Shown: piece by piece, positions 1 through 12,500 of the stretch | How the letters are laid out: each line of letters starts with the position of its first letter | How positions within the stretch are numbered: position 1 is the stretch's first letter | Source: Dimorphilus gyrociliatus | Taxonomy: Eukaryota > Animalia > Annelida | DNA length: 64,000 nucleotides | Direction of reading: 5' to 3' | Assembly (NCBI GenBank): GCA_904063045.1 | Contig: CAJFCJ010000019.1 | Span: forward strand, 1,999,700-2,063,699 | The notes under the pieces: model-generated | Seen by the model: only the letters and a program-made list of their open reading frames with translations | What the model was told of the DNA's origin: nothing | Database searches by the model: none | Translations under genes and position numbers: made by a program

Positions 1-24
1 ACCGATTAATTGGATTTTTGCAAT

Positions 25-1707
25 ATGTCGAAAACTTTGAAAGATATTCCCTCTCCTAAATCTTGGCCTTTGGTTGGTTGTTTACCGCACTATTATCAAC
101 AAGGTTTTGACAAACGCCATCTAATTTTAAACGAATTCGCAAGGGAGTACGGCAGTATCTTCGTTGAAAATTTAGCCTTTTTAAAGAACGCTATTGTTAA
201 TGATATCCAAGAATATTCGAAAATCGTTAAGGCGGATGGGCAACAAGTCGACCGTATTCCCTTAGATCCCCTACTCCACTACAGGAGGAGTAAGGGTTTA
301 AGCGATGGAATTGTAAACGGGTAATATCTATAGAAAGTGTTTATATATTTATATACAGTATATCTACACACAAATATATAAATATGTATATAAACATAAT
401 TTCTATCAATATCTATAAATAAACCATTACCTCTGCAAAAAAAACTAATAAATTTGTTTATAGAATCGGACCGAAGTGGTACGAATCCAGACAATTGGTC
501 AATAAGAAAATGTTAAGTAAAAGTTTCGCAGACGCCTTTATTGAACAATTGCACGATGTTGCTATCGACTTTTGTCAAAAGTTGGAAAATGACAAACAGG
601 ATACGGATTTGATATTCGATTTGGAGTTCTTTATCGATAAATGGGCCGTTGATAGCTCTTTTATATTTCTTTTTGGTAAACGCCTAGACTGTCTAAAAGG
701 AGACGACATCGAATTCGTCCGTAATTTACAATCGGTTTTCGACATACTACACCAACTTCTCTTTTCAATACCTCTCTACAAAATATGGCCAACCTCTACA
801 TGGAGAGAGTTCGAACGTAGATGCGACAAATTGTTCCAGTCTGCTTTAGAGTTATGTCAACAAGTAAATATTATCTTTGCAGTACATATTCGCGGTAGAG
901 TGTATACAGAAAATATAATAAGGAGAAAAAACAACGAAAAAAAAGAAAGAATAAGCTAAAAAACAAATTTACAACGCTTTTTTATCCCTTTTTTATTTCT
1001 AATGTTTTACTATACTATACACATAGAATCAAGTTGAAAGTGAAACGTCAACCTCACCCAGCTTGATGAACTACCTATTGCTTGATAAAAACCTATCGAA
1101 ACAAGTTGCAGTTGAACTTACGGTTGAAATGTTAATGGGAGCCGTTGAAGCAGTAAGCGTCTATTTTGAATTGTTCCTATATATAATTTACAAATGCTTC
1201 CCTTTAACAAACATCCGCTGTATTACTATGGTCTCTCTACTGTCTGGCTACGAACGAGAATTGCCAAGAGAAACTCTATCAGGAGATCAAAAACGCAGAC
1301 TATAGAAACATTAACAACATAACATATTTAAAAGCTATTGTTAAAGAAACTCTTCGTTTGTACCCTGTAACTTACTCAACCAGTAGGATCTTGAACAAGG
1401 ACACAGAATGTGGAGGTTATGAATTGCCCCGAGGCACACATGTCCAAGCCAATTTGTACACTATGGGAAGAAATGAAGATAGATTTCGCAACGCGAAAGA
1501 ATTTATACCAGAAAGGTGGCTAGGGGACGAAGGGAAAAATAATTTGGTATTCTGCAATTGGATTTTTGGACATGGTCCAAGACTATGCTTGGGAAAGCGT
1601 TTAGCAGAGGAAGAAGTGTACTTAGCAATTTTTGAGGTAAATCTAAGTAGAGTGATATGACTTTTTTGGAGCTTTGAAATCCGCCTAATAGTCACGTGAC
1701 ACAGAAT

Positions 1708-1748
<41 letters not shown>

Positions 1749-2056
1749 ACAGTATATGTATATACTTGATCATATTGCCTATATCTGTAAATGTATATAC
1801 ATATAAAACTCTACTACGGGCTGTATATAAATATACACATATTTGTATGCAAATATATTATATTTCTTTAACTGTATGTCTATATTATATAAACAACCCG
1901 TATACATATATACTCTATATCTGTTTTTGCTTATATACTGTACAGATTGTAAAACACTTTCGGATGGAATACTTCAACGAAACAGTACATCCTATTGTAA
2001 AAGTTCTCCTAGTTCCAGACAAGCCTATTTCTATTCACTTCAGAAAAAGATATTAA
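25..2056 (+). CDS. Cytochrome P450, mitochondrial clan (CYP12/44/49/302-like); 5 exons ~25-320, 464-863, 1027-1152, 1211-1636, 1946-2056
   Basis: N-terminal PSPKSWPLVG, K-helix KETLRLYP, PERW and heme motif FGHGPRLCLGKRLA. Exon phases join correctly, but intron 3 ends in CAA instead of CAG (see findings). Confidence 0.9.
1715..1744. repeat. (AT)n microsatellite in the last CYP intron
   Basis: Uninterrupted AT run, visible directly. Confidence 0.9.
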
Positions 2057-3155
2057 TAAACTCAACTCCCTTACCAGATATTGTTTGACATCTTCTGTTA
2101 GTTGACCGATCATCCTTTGTACAATTCTCCATTAAGCGTCGGACACCACGCCGATTATAGATTACCGCAATCCGCCCTATAGTCGGACAGCACAATGCGA
2201 TGGTCGAGCGTCGATAGACGGCGTAAGTGATGCCTCTTTTACACATTTTTCGACGGCCTATCAAACGCCCTCATTTACTTTTTCTAATCATTACCTGTTA
2301 GAATAATGAACAGCATATTAATACTTTCTTTAAGATAAATTAATAACATACTATTCTGTCGTAACACTTTTTCTTGTATTGAGTGTCTCAATGTTCATTT
2401 CAAAAGTCATTTTCAATCTTAACACTTCTCATAATATAATAAATAGAATTATTTCCTAATTTACTTTGCTTAATCTAATAAAGAAATTATTCCCAATTCT
2501 CTATAACGCTTGGTATATCAGAATTGGGAATGGGAATGACCAAAACAAGCTTAATTCCTGCAGGAAATTAAACATGTAAAAAGGTTATATAATACAAATA
2601 GAAAAGTTTTCAAATATCATACTTAAGTTATCTTCTTCCTTTTCTTCTCTTCTTCATCTCCTTCTGATTTAGCTTTCTCTACTGAAAGTAGAGTTTACTT
2701 ATTATAGACCTAATTATAAAATTAATTAATATATTCTAGAGGTGAATTGATTCGTTAGCTATTCAAATTAGGCCAACTTCTTAAGATATTTAAATAAAAT
2801 GATCAGGCTTCTTAGACAATGATCAATGGGTTTATTAGATTAATTTATAAATATAATGGTTAATCTAAAGAAACTCATTCGTTTAATATATGCTTAGTGC
2901 TATTTTTTTTGTTTCTTTTTTATGCATCTTTACATTTAGTTGCCAGTAAGTCATGGATTATGGAGCTGGCATGTTCAAACCAGAAACTTTCACTCTATAG
3001 AAAAAGATCTCTATGACCTTATATTGTTCCCTGTCTATCCTTTTGTATTTATTAGGATGTAAATGCATTAATATATGTATCTATCTTATGCATAAATAAA
3101 ACCGTCAATGAATGGTTTCTATATTAAATGTTTATTAATCAGTCTACATTCTTTA

Positions 3156-3881
3156 TTAGATACAGTTATTTTTTTTTAATGAAATTTTCAATTTTTTTCT
3201 CTTGTTTACACGTTTTCTACGATTAGAAATAACTATAGAGTCATTCATTTCATCATATCTTTTGAAGATAGGCGACTCTCCTTGAAAGCACCTTATCATA
3301 GAGCGAGTGACAACGCCGATATTTAACGGAACATATTTAGAAATTTTATTTACGGCTTTCTGAAAACTACCAAAGAATTTGTCTTGCTCTAATTTATTAG
3401 CTTTCTTCGATAATCTTCTCTTTTCTTCGAAACAAACGGATTCTCCAGTTATAGGCCGATCAGACAAACGTGACTTCTTAGGCGAAGTTGGCCTAGGTGG
3501 CCGATCCAATTCCATTTTTTGTTGTCCCTTGTTTACCTTAAGATTCTTTGGGTACCCTTTTCGTTCCTCTATCGATTCGGCATAAGAGAGAAACCCAATC
3601 TCAGTGTTGTAAATTTCATTAATATTCTTAGGAGGATGTCTAAGCGATATCGATTCCAAATCTGATTTAGTACAAAATAATCTTTTTGGAGCTTTTCGAA
3701 TCTTTTCAAAATAGCTCCCAATAAATGAATCAGTCGATACTTGGTCAGTACATAACTTATCGATATCATTCGAGCGTTGATCCGCAAATACAATAACAGA
3801 GTCGTCGCCCCCTCCATTTATAAACCATACTATATCATTATCGCTGGGTGGTTTTGTCATTGTCTCTTTTTTTATCGTCAA
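3156..3881 (-). CDS. Intronless ORF (~234-241 aa) of unknown function, Lys/Arg/Ser-rich with a basic C-terminus; first ATG at 3860
   Basis: A 241-codon open frame in very AT-rich DNA is unlikely by chance. No recognisable domain. Confidence 0.55.
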   Translation of the reverse strand: MTIKKETMTKPPSDNDIVWFINGGGDDSVIVFADQRSNDIDKLCTDQVSTDSFIGSYFEKIRKAPKRLFCTKSDLESISLRHPPKNINEIYNTEIGFLSYAESIEERKGYPKNLKVNKGQQKMELDRPPRPTSPKKSRLSDRPITGESVCFEEKRRLSKKANKLEQDKFFGSFQKAVNKISKYVPLNIGVVTRSMIRCFQGESPIFKRYDEMNDSIVISNRRKRVNKRKKLKISLKKNNCI

Positions 3882-4534
3882 ATAAAAAAAAATTTTAATG
3901 ATCTATAAAATGTTCCAATTTTTTGACGTTCTAAAATAGAACATTAACGTTATGAAAACAGAGACTCGAGAGATGAGACTGACAGAGACAGGAAAAGAGA
4001 ATAAACGCGTAACGTAATTAACCACCCTCGCATAATACCAGTTAATATACTTATTTCTCTTATTCGTTCTATAGCCTAGTAAATACACTTAATCTATATG
4101 ACACCAAAGTCTAATAAAGTTCATTATACTTCAGATTTAACTGCATAAAGACAAACAGTTATATTGTAATCCTAAGCAAAAATATGAATCTCGTTGTTTT
4201 CGTTCTAAATCTTATACGAAATATTCTTTATGCTATCTAAAGAATATAAAATATTTTGGTTTTTATTTTCTGGGTAAAAATTTTCAACTTGAACTTTTTT
4301 ACAGCATATTTATTGAAATTCATTTTTCGTTAAAAATGATAATAAATAGTTTATAAAAGCAAAATATCTATTTCCTCTTGAAATCGTATTCAAAAATTTA
4401 AAATAAACGGTTTTGCTTATGCTTCTGTTTCTTGAGGACTTTCTTTTTTTGAGCAATCAAATATAAATTTTGCTGATGTTACAATTGAAAAAAGAATAAA
4501 AACCAATTTACAAAAAATACAAACAAACGAATTG

Positions 4535-7263
4535 TTATGTTTCTGTAACGCTCCGTTCAGACTTTTTCTGTAGAGGAGGCCCTATATAAATAGGTGAAGA
4601 ATTTGCATTGGGTGTTTTTTGGGATCGGCACAGTAGAAAGGATTTTAATCTCCTCGGAATGAGATGACCACGCATTTTATACGAGTAACTTGCGTATAAA
4701 ATACAACCTAAACTCACAAAGATATATGATAATATAATCAAGTAGCCAAAAACTTCTGGTGTGGCAAAGAAGAGAACCAGTATAAATTTTAGCATATCAA
4801 GCAAACTATTAAGAGAATTTTGAACTCCGTTTACCAAACCACGCTCCGTTTCGACGACATTCTCTTGGATTAATTGTGTTACCACTAAATCCGCCATCCA
4901 TAGCCCTAATTAGTTGATAGAGAGAGAAAACAAAAAAAATCACAATAATGAAAATAATAACAATAGCTATAGAATAAAAGTTATATTGCTTACCTGCTCT
5001 CGATAATATGATTCCACATAGAAATACTATAATTGAATGATAATTTTGATTATTATTTCTAGAGAAGGAATCTGATGAATTCAATGTAGAATTTATTGTA
5101 GGTAGAATTTTTAGATTAGCGTTTGTTGTGTAATTATAAATATCACTCGATGTATCGTTCACGAAAGATTTGTCAATATTTCGAGAAAAAATACTTGCAG
5201 GTTTAAATGTAGTTCCAGGTAAAAATAGAGAAATGACCGATAATGACAAAAACAACATTTCTGAATTGAAACCTATTAAACCGGTACGCTCTAGGCCTAT
5301 TTTCTTTCGACATTTGGTAAACAGGAAGGTTCCAAATATACCTATCAAACCTCCCAAACCCTGACAAACACCTGTCAGTGCTTCATTGACCCCTTGACTG
5401 TATATATATGCAACAGTAACCGAATCAAAGCCCAAAACTGTCATATATAAACAGGCTAATGCCAAGCCAGCGCAAACGACCCGTTGCTTCATATAAATCT
5501 TCCATCCCTTAATCAAGATAATTAATTCTCCAAAAACAAGTTGGACGCAAGATTTTTTAATCTTTTTAGGTCGTAAATATTCCACTTTGGCTTCTATTTT
5601 TTCCCCTTCGTTTTCTTTACCCTCAACCTCTTTTTCGGAAATTGTGTCATTTAGTGGTATTTCTTCTTCTACATTTTGAGAATTCGATTCGGTTTTATTT
5701 AATTTATTTTTATCGAGCATTTCTTCCATTTCAACGTCTTTGTCAGTTATTTCTTGGACTTTAACTTCTTCCTCAACCAAGACTGCATCTATAAATTAAA
5801 ACAGAATATGCGTTTTCTTTAAATACGGTAATCATTAGGCAAAGCTTTAACTAACCATCCGTGCCTTTAATGGCTAAACGAGGAACTAAGTTATAGACCT
5901 TCTTCAGTAAAGCATATTCGAGAAATAAACTGACAATATTCCATGCAGCTATAAATATTGCAGATACTTGCAAACCGAAAGCACTCATTATTCCTCCAAC
6001 AGCTATAGGGGCAAGAATTTTGCAGGACAAATCAATTGATCGAACAACAGCATTAAGACCTTAAATATGTAAATAATTATATATTATAAAACTGTAAAAG
6101 CTCAGTAAAACTTTAAAACCTACTGGCCAATCCAGATTTCGTATCAGCAACAATAATTACCCAATCTTTTTCAATAGCTATTTTCATTGCTGTGCTGGCT
6201 AATAAAGCCATAACTCCTAGAATCACAATCATAGCTTCCCATGAGAAATGCAATGCTTGTTTAACGTAGGTTTTCTGTTGTTTTAGTTGAAGTTCCTTAT
6301 TACTCCAGTCAATAGAAATACCGCAATACTGTTTATAAGTGCAAAAAAATATCTATTGTAATTATTTATAATTACACTTCCTAACAAGTAGATTACCCAA
6401 AGATATAAATAAAATGCTGTGGCAGCAATGGCTACGCATAAATTCTGCACTGCCAGACTGATTTTTACAGCTGTTTTGAATGAAAGAAATACAATAAATA
6501 CAATAAAATAACATAATACTAATAGGTTAAAGACAATGTTTTATTAAATTCTCTTTACTACCTTTTAACCTGGCAGTTCTGTCAACCAAACTACCGATTA
6601 AACCACCGCAGAGCAATACTGATATACCGCATAAAACCCCGAAAATAGCAGCCAGCCTAAATTTGCCATGATCAAGTGCAAAAAGATAAATGCCTGTTGC
6701 ATAAGTCCACATTCGATCACCCTTTAAGGAAATAAAATGATACCAAATTTAGCAAAAGAAATTAGGACGATTTTCATCATTATAATTAATATTATCTTAC
6801 CCAACTAGATAAGCAATGTGCACAATAGATAAAATAAGTTGGGTTCTGATACCATTTAATCTTTGCTGTAAAAATTTAAATATTTTAAACAAATGTCAAA
6901 TACATATGTTCAAAGTTTTCACTAGATAAATCAATTAATACAATGAACGAATACCAAGTTATTTTTATTTTCTTTATTTTCTGTGTGACCTCTTAAAATA
7001 CTTATATTTGCACCGAACGAAGAGATCTTTGTTACGCGAATGTTTCCTATATACTCGGGAAAGACATCGGACAATACAAAAAGACAAAGTGCCATGAAAA
7101 GACATACATTTCTAGACATGACTGATCATAACGAGCTAGGTCATCTGATGAACGATTTGTATAAATGAATTCAATCTGATATCACTGATATAAAATATAT
7201 GATAAACGATGAATTGCCTATTTTTTAAACAAAATTAAGTAATAAACCTTTATTATCTGCCAT
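4535..7263 (-). CDS. SLC40A1: Ferroportin (SLC40A1-like iron exporter), multi-exon; start codon placement (MADNK at 7263) tentative
   Basis: Spliced reading gives AHCLSSW-GDRMWTYA, GSLVDRTARLK, LYMTVLGFD and GLWMADLVVTQLIQENVVETERGLVNGVQNSLN, all characteristic of ferroportin. Confidence 0.93.
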
Positions 7264-7816
7264 GTTAACTTGCTTTTTTTCAAAGTTCAATACGCTCTCA
7301 TAATCCGTAGAAAAACTGTAACTAGAAGAAGATTCAGTAGAAAATGATGTAGGTTTTGTCATTTCATAATGTAAATAACGCAATTCTAACCTAGGCTTTG
7401 TTAGACTTTTAAAAGTTTTCAAATGAATCCATGAAATTCATTGTATTGGTAAAAAAAATAAAATGATCTAGAACCTCCCAGATTTCCCAGACAGCTGGTT
7501 ATATGTCAAGGTCATTTACGCGCATGCGTATAAAACATAGTTTAGTTTCCCAAGCGGGAATCACCATAGCTACAATGACTTTTGAAAAGTAAATTATTTT
7601 AAAAGTGACGTAGAAAAACATTAAAGCAAGTAAAAATCAAAGAGTTTCCATTAAAAATAAATCGATTATGTTGTTATAGCGTTTGAAATAAGCTTCTTAT
7701 TTCTTCGTCTCTTTCTCCTTTGACGCTTTCGCTTACGTCGGCTTGTTTGATTTGGTGCTTTAATAAAAAAAGAAACCATAAAACTTTAGCATTATTATTA
7801 TTATTACCATTATTAT

Positions 7817-9199
7817 TTAAAACAAACTTCTGTGACATCTTTTACCATGCCAACCGTTAAGGCATCGACATCTATTTTTTTGGACGCATCGACCATGCTC
7901 TCCACAAGAATGTTTACAAAGAACTACAAACACGATAAAAAAACAATAGTATTAGAAAAAGAAGACCAAACATATTAAATTTCGTTTGTTGTTTCGTTGT
8001 ACGTGAATGAAATTAAATATATATATGTGTATACGTGTGTGTGTGTGTGTGTGTGTGTATGAAGAAGACTTTCAATATTTTAGATATCAATAAACTTTGA
8101 ATTATAAATCACCAGAATCAGAAAACTTAATTACAAGATTACCTTACCTCTTCTGCAATATTTACCAATAAAACCGTCTCTGCAAAGGCATCTATTCTTT
8201 TTAAAACAAATACCATTATTTTCACATTTTCTTCTGCATTTGCCAAGGCCTCTTTGACATCTTCGACCTCCTGTCCCATTCTTACATTCACATTTGTCAG
8301 GTAGAATACATTTGCCACCGAAAAGGCATTGCTTACGGCAGACTGGTATAGAACAGTTAGCTCCAATCCACCCAGTGCTGCACACGCACATTCCATGTTG
8401 ATTACAGGTACCATTGTTTAAGCATTCGAATTTACAAGTATGCTTTAAAGCTTTAGTCGATGAACAACGTTTTCTTAGCTGTAGACGAATTGGTGAACCG
8501 GAAATGGCTTTTGATTTACTCGATATATGTAGTAGAACATAGAAAGATGCAATAGCAGAGACTTTATTTGTACACTGCAAGTGTAGTTGAAATTCTATAG
8601 TAAGAAAAAGAAACATCCCGAAGGTTCATTAATGCTGGTAAAAAGTAATAGTCTTTAATACAATATTGAATGACGGTACCCTGTCTCTTTTCAGAAATTG
8701 AACCCGAAAAAGGAACATTTATCGATGGATGCTCAAGAGTTGATAAGTCAAGCGATTGAAGTTTTTCAAAACGATACTGAAACTGTAAAGAAAACAAAGA
8801 TAAAATGTTAATGAAAAAAAATGTAAAGATCACGTTGCACCTTTTAACATATATACATCAATCTGATCGTTAGAATTGAAAGAGAGTACCTTTGCCTTTC
8901 CAGGAGCGAACCATCTTAACTTAACAACGGATGTGTTTTGTAGAAGAGGAGGAATATAATCGCTTAATGAAAGAGAGCGAAGAAACGGTACGACTTTTCC
9001 ATGACGAATCACGTCGATTTTGTTCCGTTTACCTGTCACGTTTCAACGTAATTACAGGTTGATGGGTTACAGTTACGCCCCTCTGTTTACCGTTAATGTC
9101 CAGGCCGTAAGTTTTGTCGAAGGTGATGGATAATTTTTGGGTGTAAGACAGCCTTAATACGAAAAGAACGAGAAAGGCGAAATATGTAGTTGGCCGCAT
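7817..9199 (-). CDS. WIF1: Wnt inhibitory factor 1 / shifted-like secreted protein (signal peptide, WIF domain, EGF repeats)
   Basis: Signal peptide MRPTTYFAFLVLFVL; WIF-like segment LQSLDLSTLEHPSINVPFSG...LQCTNKVSAIASF; several EGF repeats (CLNNGTC, CLFGGKC, CENNGIC); last exon ~7817-7923. Confidence 0.85.
8035..8058. repeat. (GT)12 microsatellite in a WIF1 intron
   Basis: Visible directly. Confidence 0.9.
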
Positions 9200-9554
9200 T
9201 TTGTATTGACTCAGTAGATTATCTTTTCGAATGGCAAACAAAAGGCCACAGTGTAGGACTACAAAGATATTAAATACATCCTTGTGTTATGAAAAAATTT
9301 TCAGGTGCGTACATATACAGGATAAACTAGACGTACGGGATACAAAAGCGCCCCCTCACGTTTTCTATATAGATTAATTTCGGAGATATGATGAAAAAAA
9401 TATAGCTTTTACCAGTTTACAAAATCATTTTCAAACTTCATTCTCTTTTTAGTTGTTATTGTTTCAAATAAACTATAAACAATAATAGAAACCATTAACA
9501 AAAATAACAATTATACTAATATCAATAAAGATAATAGAATAATTCTACAAGATA

Positions 9555-12500
9555 ATGATTTCGCAATTGAAGCTTTTCATAATTCTCTTTAAGAAAAGAT
9601 GGACAACTTTGAAGAGGAATAAGTTAGTAGTTGTTCCTTTTCTATTATTTCCTTTTATCATTTTTATGATCTTATTGATTTGCAGGTTATTTATATTTTA
9701 TATTATTTTAATATTGTACTAATAATTTTGTATATGTTTAAAACAATAGATTGATAATTATAGATAAAACACAACAACCGAAACACTTAACACAATATAA
9801 TATAATATATTATCAACCTTATGCAATTGACAATAGCCTATTTAATTACGCAAGTAAGCTTGTAATTTGCAAAGAGAAGTATTGTTTTCAAATTCTGATA
9901 ATGCACTTAACAAAGTTTGTAGTGGTGTTTATAAGGAAGGAATACCTAGGGATGTAATAATTTACTCTCCATCGACCCCTTTTACTAGAATGATTATGAA
10001 TAGGGTCGCCCAGGCAATAGGAAATCATTCATGCTCCTCCGATTCGCAGAACATCTATTCAAATATTAAAACGTGGCGTGTACGGAGCGTTCCTCTATTA
10101 AATGCGTACCAATTAAACGACTTTTACGTCACTAGCGGTAGATCGTATGAATGTACCAAACAAGGATTAAGAATTTTAGCGGCCGTCCAATTTCCAGACG
10201 CTTGGGTTGGTTTTTATAGAAACATTTTCTAGACACTGATAGTTTTTATGAGCTCTATAATAAAAACAGGCGTCTGGAGGCGTTAATATGTCTATTCTAT
10301 TATATAGCTCAAGTTTTTATGTAAATTTTTTATAGGCCGACTTAACGGAATGGCCAGAAAATTTATCCTACGACCTTCGTCTTCCATCTGAAATTATTCG
10401 AGAAACTTCTGGTAGAGAAGATTTAAAAAAATGGTTTACAGATAAAACTTTCATAGAAGACTTTATACTTAATTTAAAAAACTTGCATAGGATACCATTT
10501 ACAACTGAATTAAGAAATCGTGAGTTCTTTTTTCGAACGTTCTCTTATACGAAAATAACTATTATAGGCGCGAAAATTACTAAACAATTATTAAACAATT
10601 TAATTTTGATTTAAAAGCTTATACGTTTAATCCGCAATGGGAAAACATGGAAAAAAATATATTTTTAGAATTACAATGGTTAATTGATAAATCGATAATT
10701 CATTCTATTAATTCTTCTGCTAGTCTAATCGAATATAAAGTAGAATTGGTTGTAAGTTTATTTCTCGTAGCCTAGTTTACATTGGCAACTTTCATGTTAA
10801 CATGATTTGTTTATGAATATTTTATATTTTCTGAAAATATATAGAGATTTTCTGAGGAAGAACCTGTAAATGACCTAACTTTATCCGAATTGGATTCGCA
10901 CGCTCACGCGGCAACCACTCTTCTAATATTAACTGCATTAACTCTAATATTTATCGTTAATATGGATACAGAGAATGTTTGTAGACGTCGAATACTACTT
11001 CAAGAGCATGGTGTGTGGGCGTCAACCTTCTATGGAGAATGGATGTTCAGCTTTTATGTTCTACTCATTTATCCCCATGTAATTATCATTTTACTCTCGT
11101 TAATTATATTCCCAAAAATAGGTGATCAAACATATTCAACAAATTTTGATTGTTCCCTATTTCTTATATACTTAACACTAATGTACATGGCACGAGTAGC
11201 GTTTTATCTCCTTTTTAGTGTACTCTTCAAGAGAGGTGCTTAAGTACGGATTATGTGTAGATTAATAATTAGTTTTTTTATTATTATCTTATAGTTTTAA
11301 CAATTGTATTATGTACATACGTTGCTAATGTAGTTGTATGGCTTTTCGAAGACTTTTACAACGTACAATTCTTCTATTGGAAGCAATTTTTTTTGAAACT
11401 TGTATTTCTACTTAATTGGATGAAATCCGATGTCAGATTATACTCTGGTCAGCAAAAAAATCTTTGACTGTTAATTAATCTTAATTTAAATATAAATTAT
11501 TTATAAAGAAAAGCGAATATTTCTTTTGTTTTCCATTTTAGAAACGTCCTTTAAATGGGAACGTCTCTATCAAAGAGGTAATTCAGTTCATCATCCAGCA
11601 GCTAGCGACGTAATTGCGATGAACTTTATTATGATGCTTTTTTATATCTTCTTATCCTGGTATTTTCATCAAATAAAGAGTAGATACTCAGATTCTGGTG
11701 GAGGGGGGAAATCTTGGAATTTTTTCCTGAGTGTAAGTAGAAGACGCCGCCGCCGCTTAACTACTTGTAACGCCCTCTGATGATTGAAATATGAAAAAAA
11801 ACCGACTTATTTTCCATTCTATAGACTAGCTATTGGTTTTCCAATTCAACTGAACAGAAGATGATCTCTCCTGGTTCGGAACATCGATACAGAATGAAAA
11901 ATTTTGAACAAGATCATAACTTCAATAAAATTCCCTGTATAATTGTCGATGTTTTAAATATATCGGGAGATGTTACCTTTGAATATTTGGGAGATGATAG
12001 ATATACATTTAAAGTCTATCTAAACGAAATAACAGCAATTGTTGGACCGCCTAAATCGGGAAAATCAAAAATAATGGGCGTAATGAGCGGTTGGATAAGA
12101 CCCGATGTTGGCTATTCCAAAATATTTGAAGTAGATGCTGTCGAAGATCAAGATGAGGCTCTCCGTCTAATTGGCAAATGGAGTAGTGTTGATACATGCT
12201 ATAGGGAATTAACAGTCTACGAGCACCTAGTAAATAATCACTAACCCATCAATATACTAATTAAAATAATTATTACTTTTTTTCCCTAACACTATCTTAT
12301 TGAAGATTTTCTTTGCTTCATGTAAGCTGAGAGAGTATTCAAGGCTAGGAAGAGAAGTTAACGGTCTACTCTCTTTATTTGGCCTTCTTCATAAAAAATA
12401 CAATCTAGTGAGTTGTTTAAACGAAGTTGAACAACAAAAACTAGGCATTTGCGGTGCATTTATGGGTGACACAAAGATAGTTATGCTCCAAAATCCAACC

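Noticed and set aside
7178-7195. CAGTGA in ferroportin intron 1 as an iron-responsive element
   Set aside because: Flanks do not form the 5-bp upper stem with bulged C, and the site is intronic.
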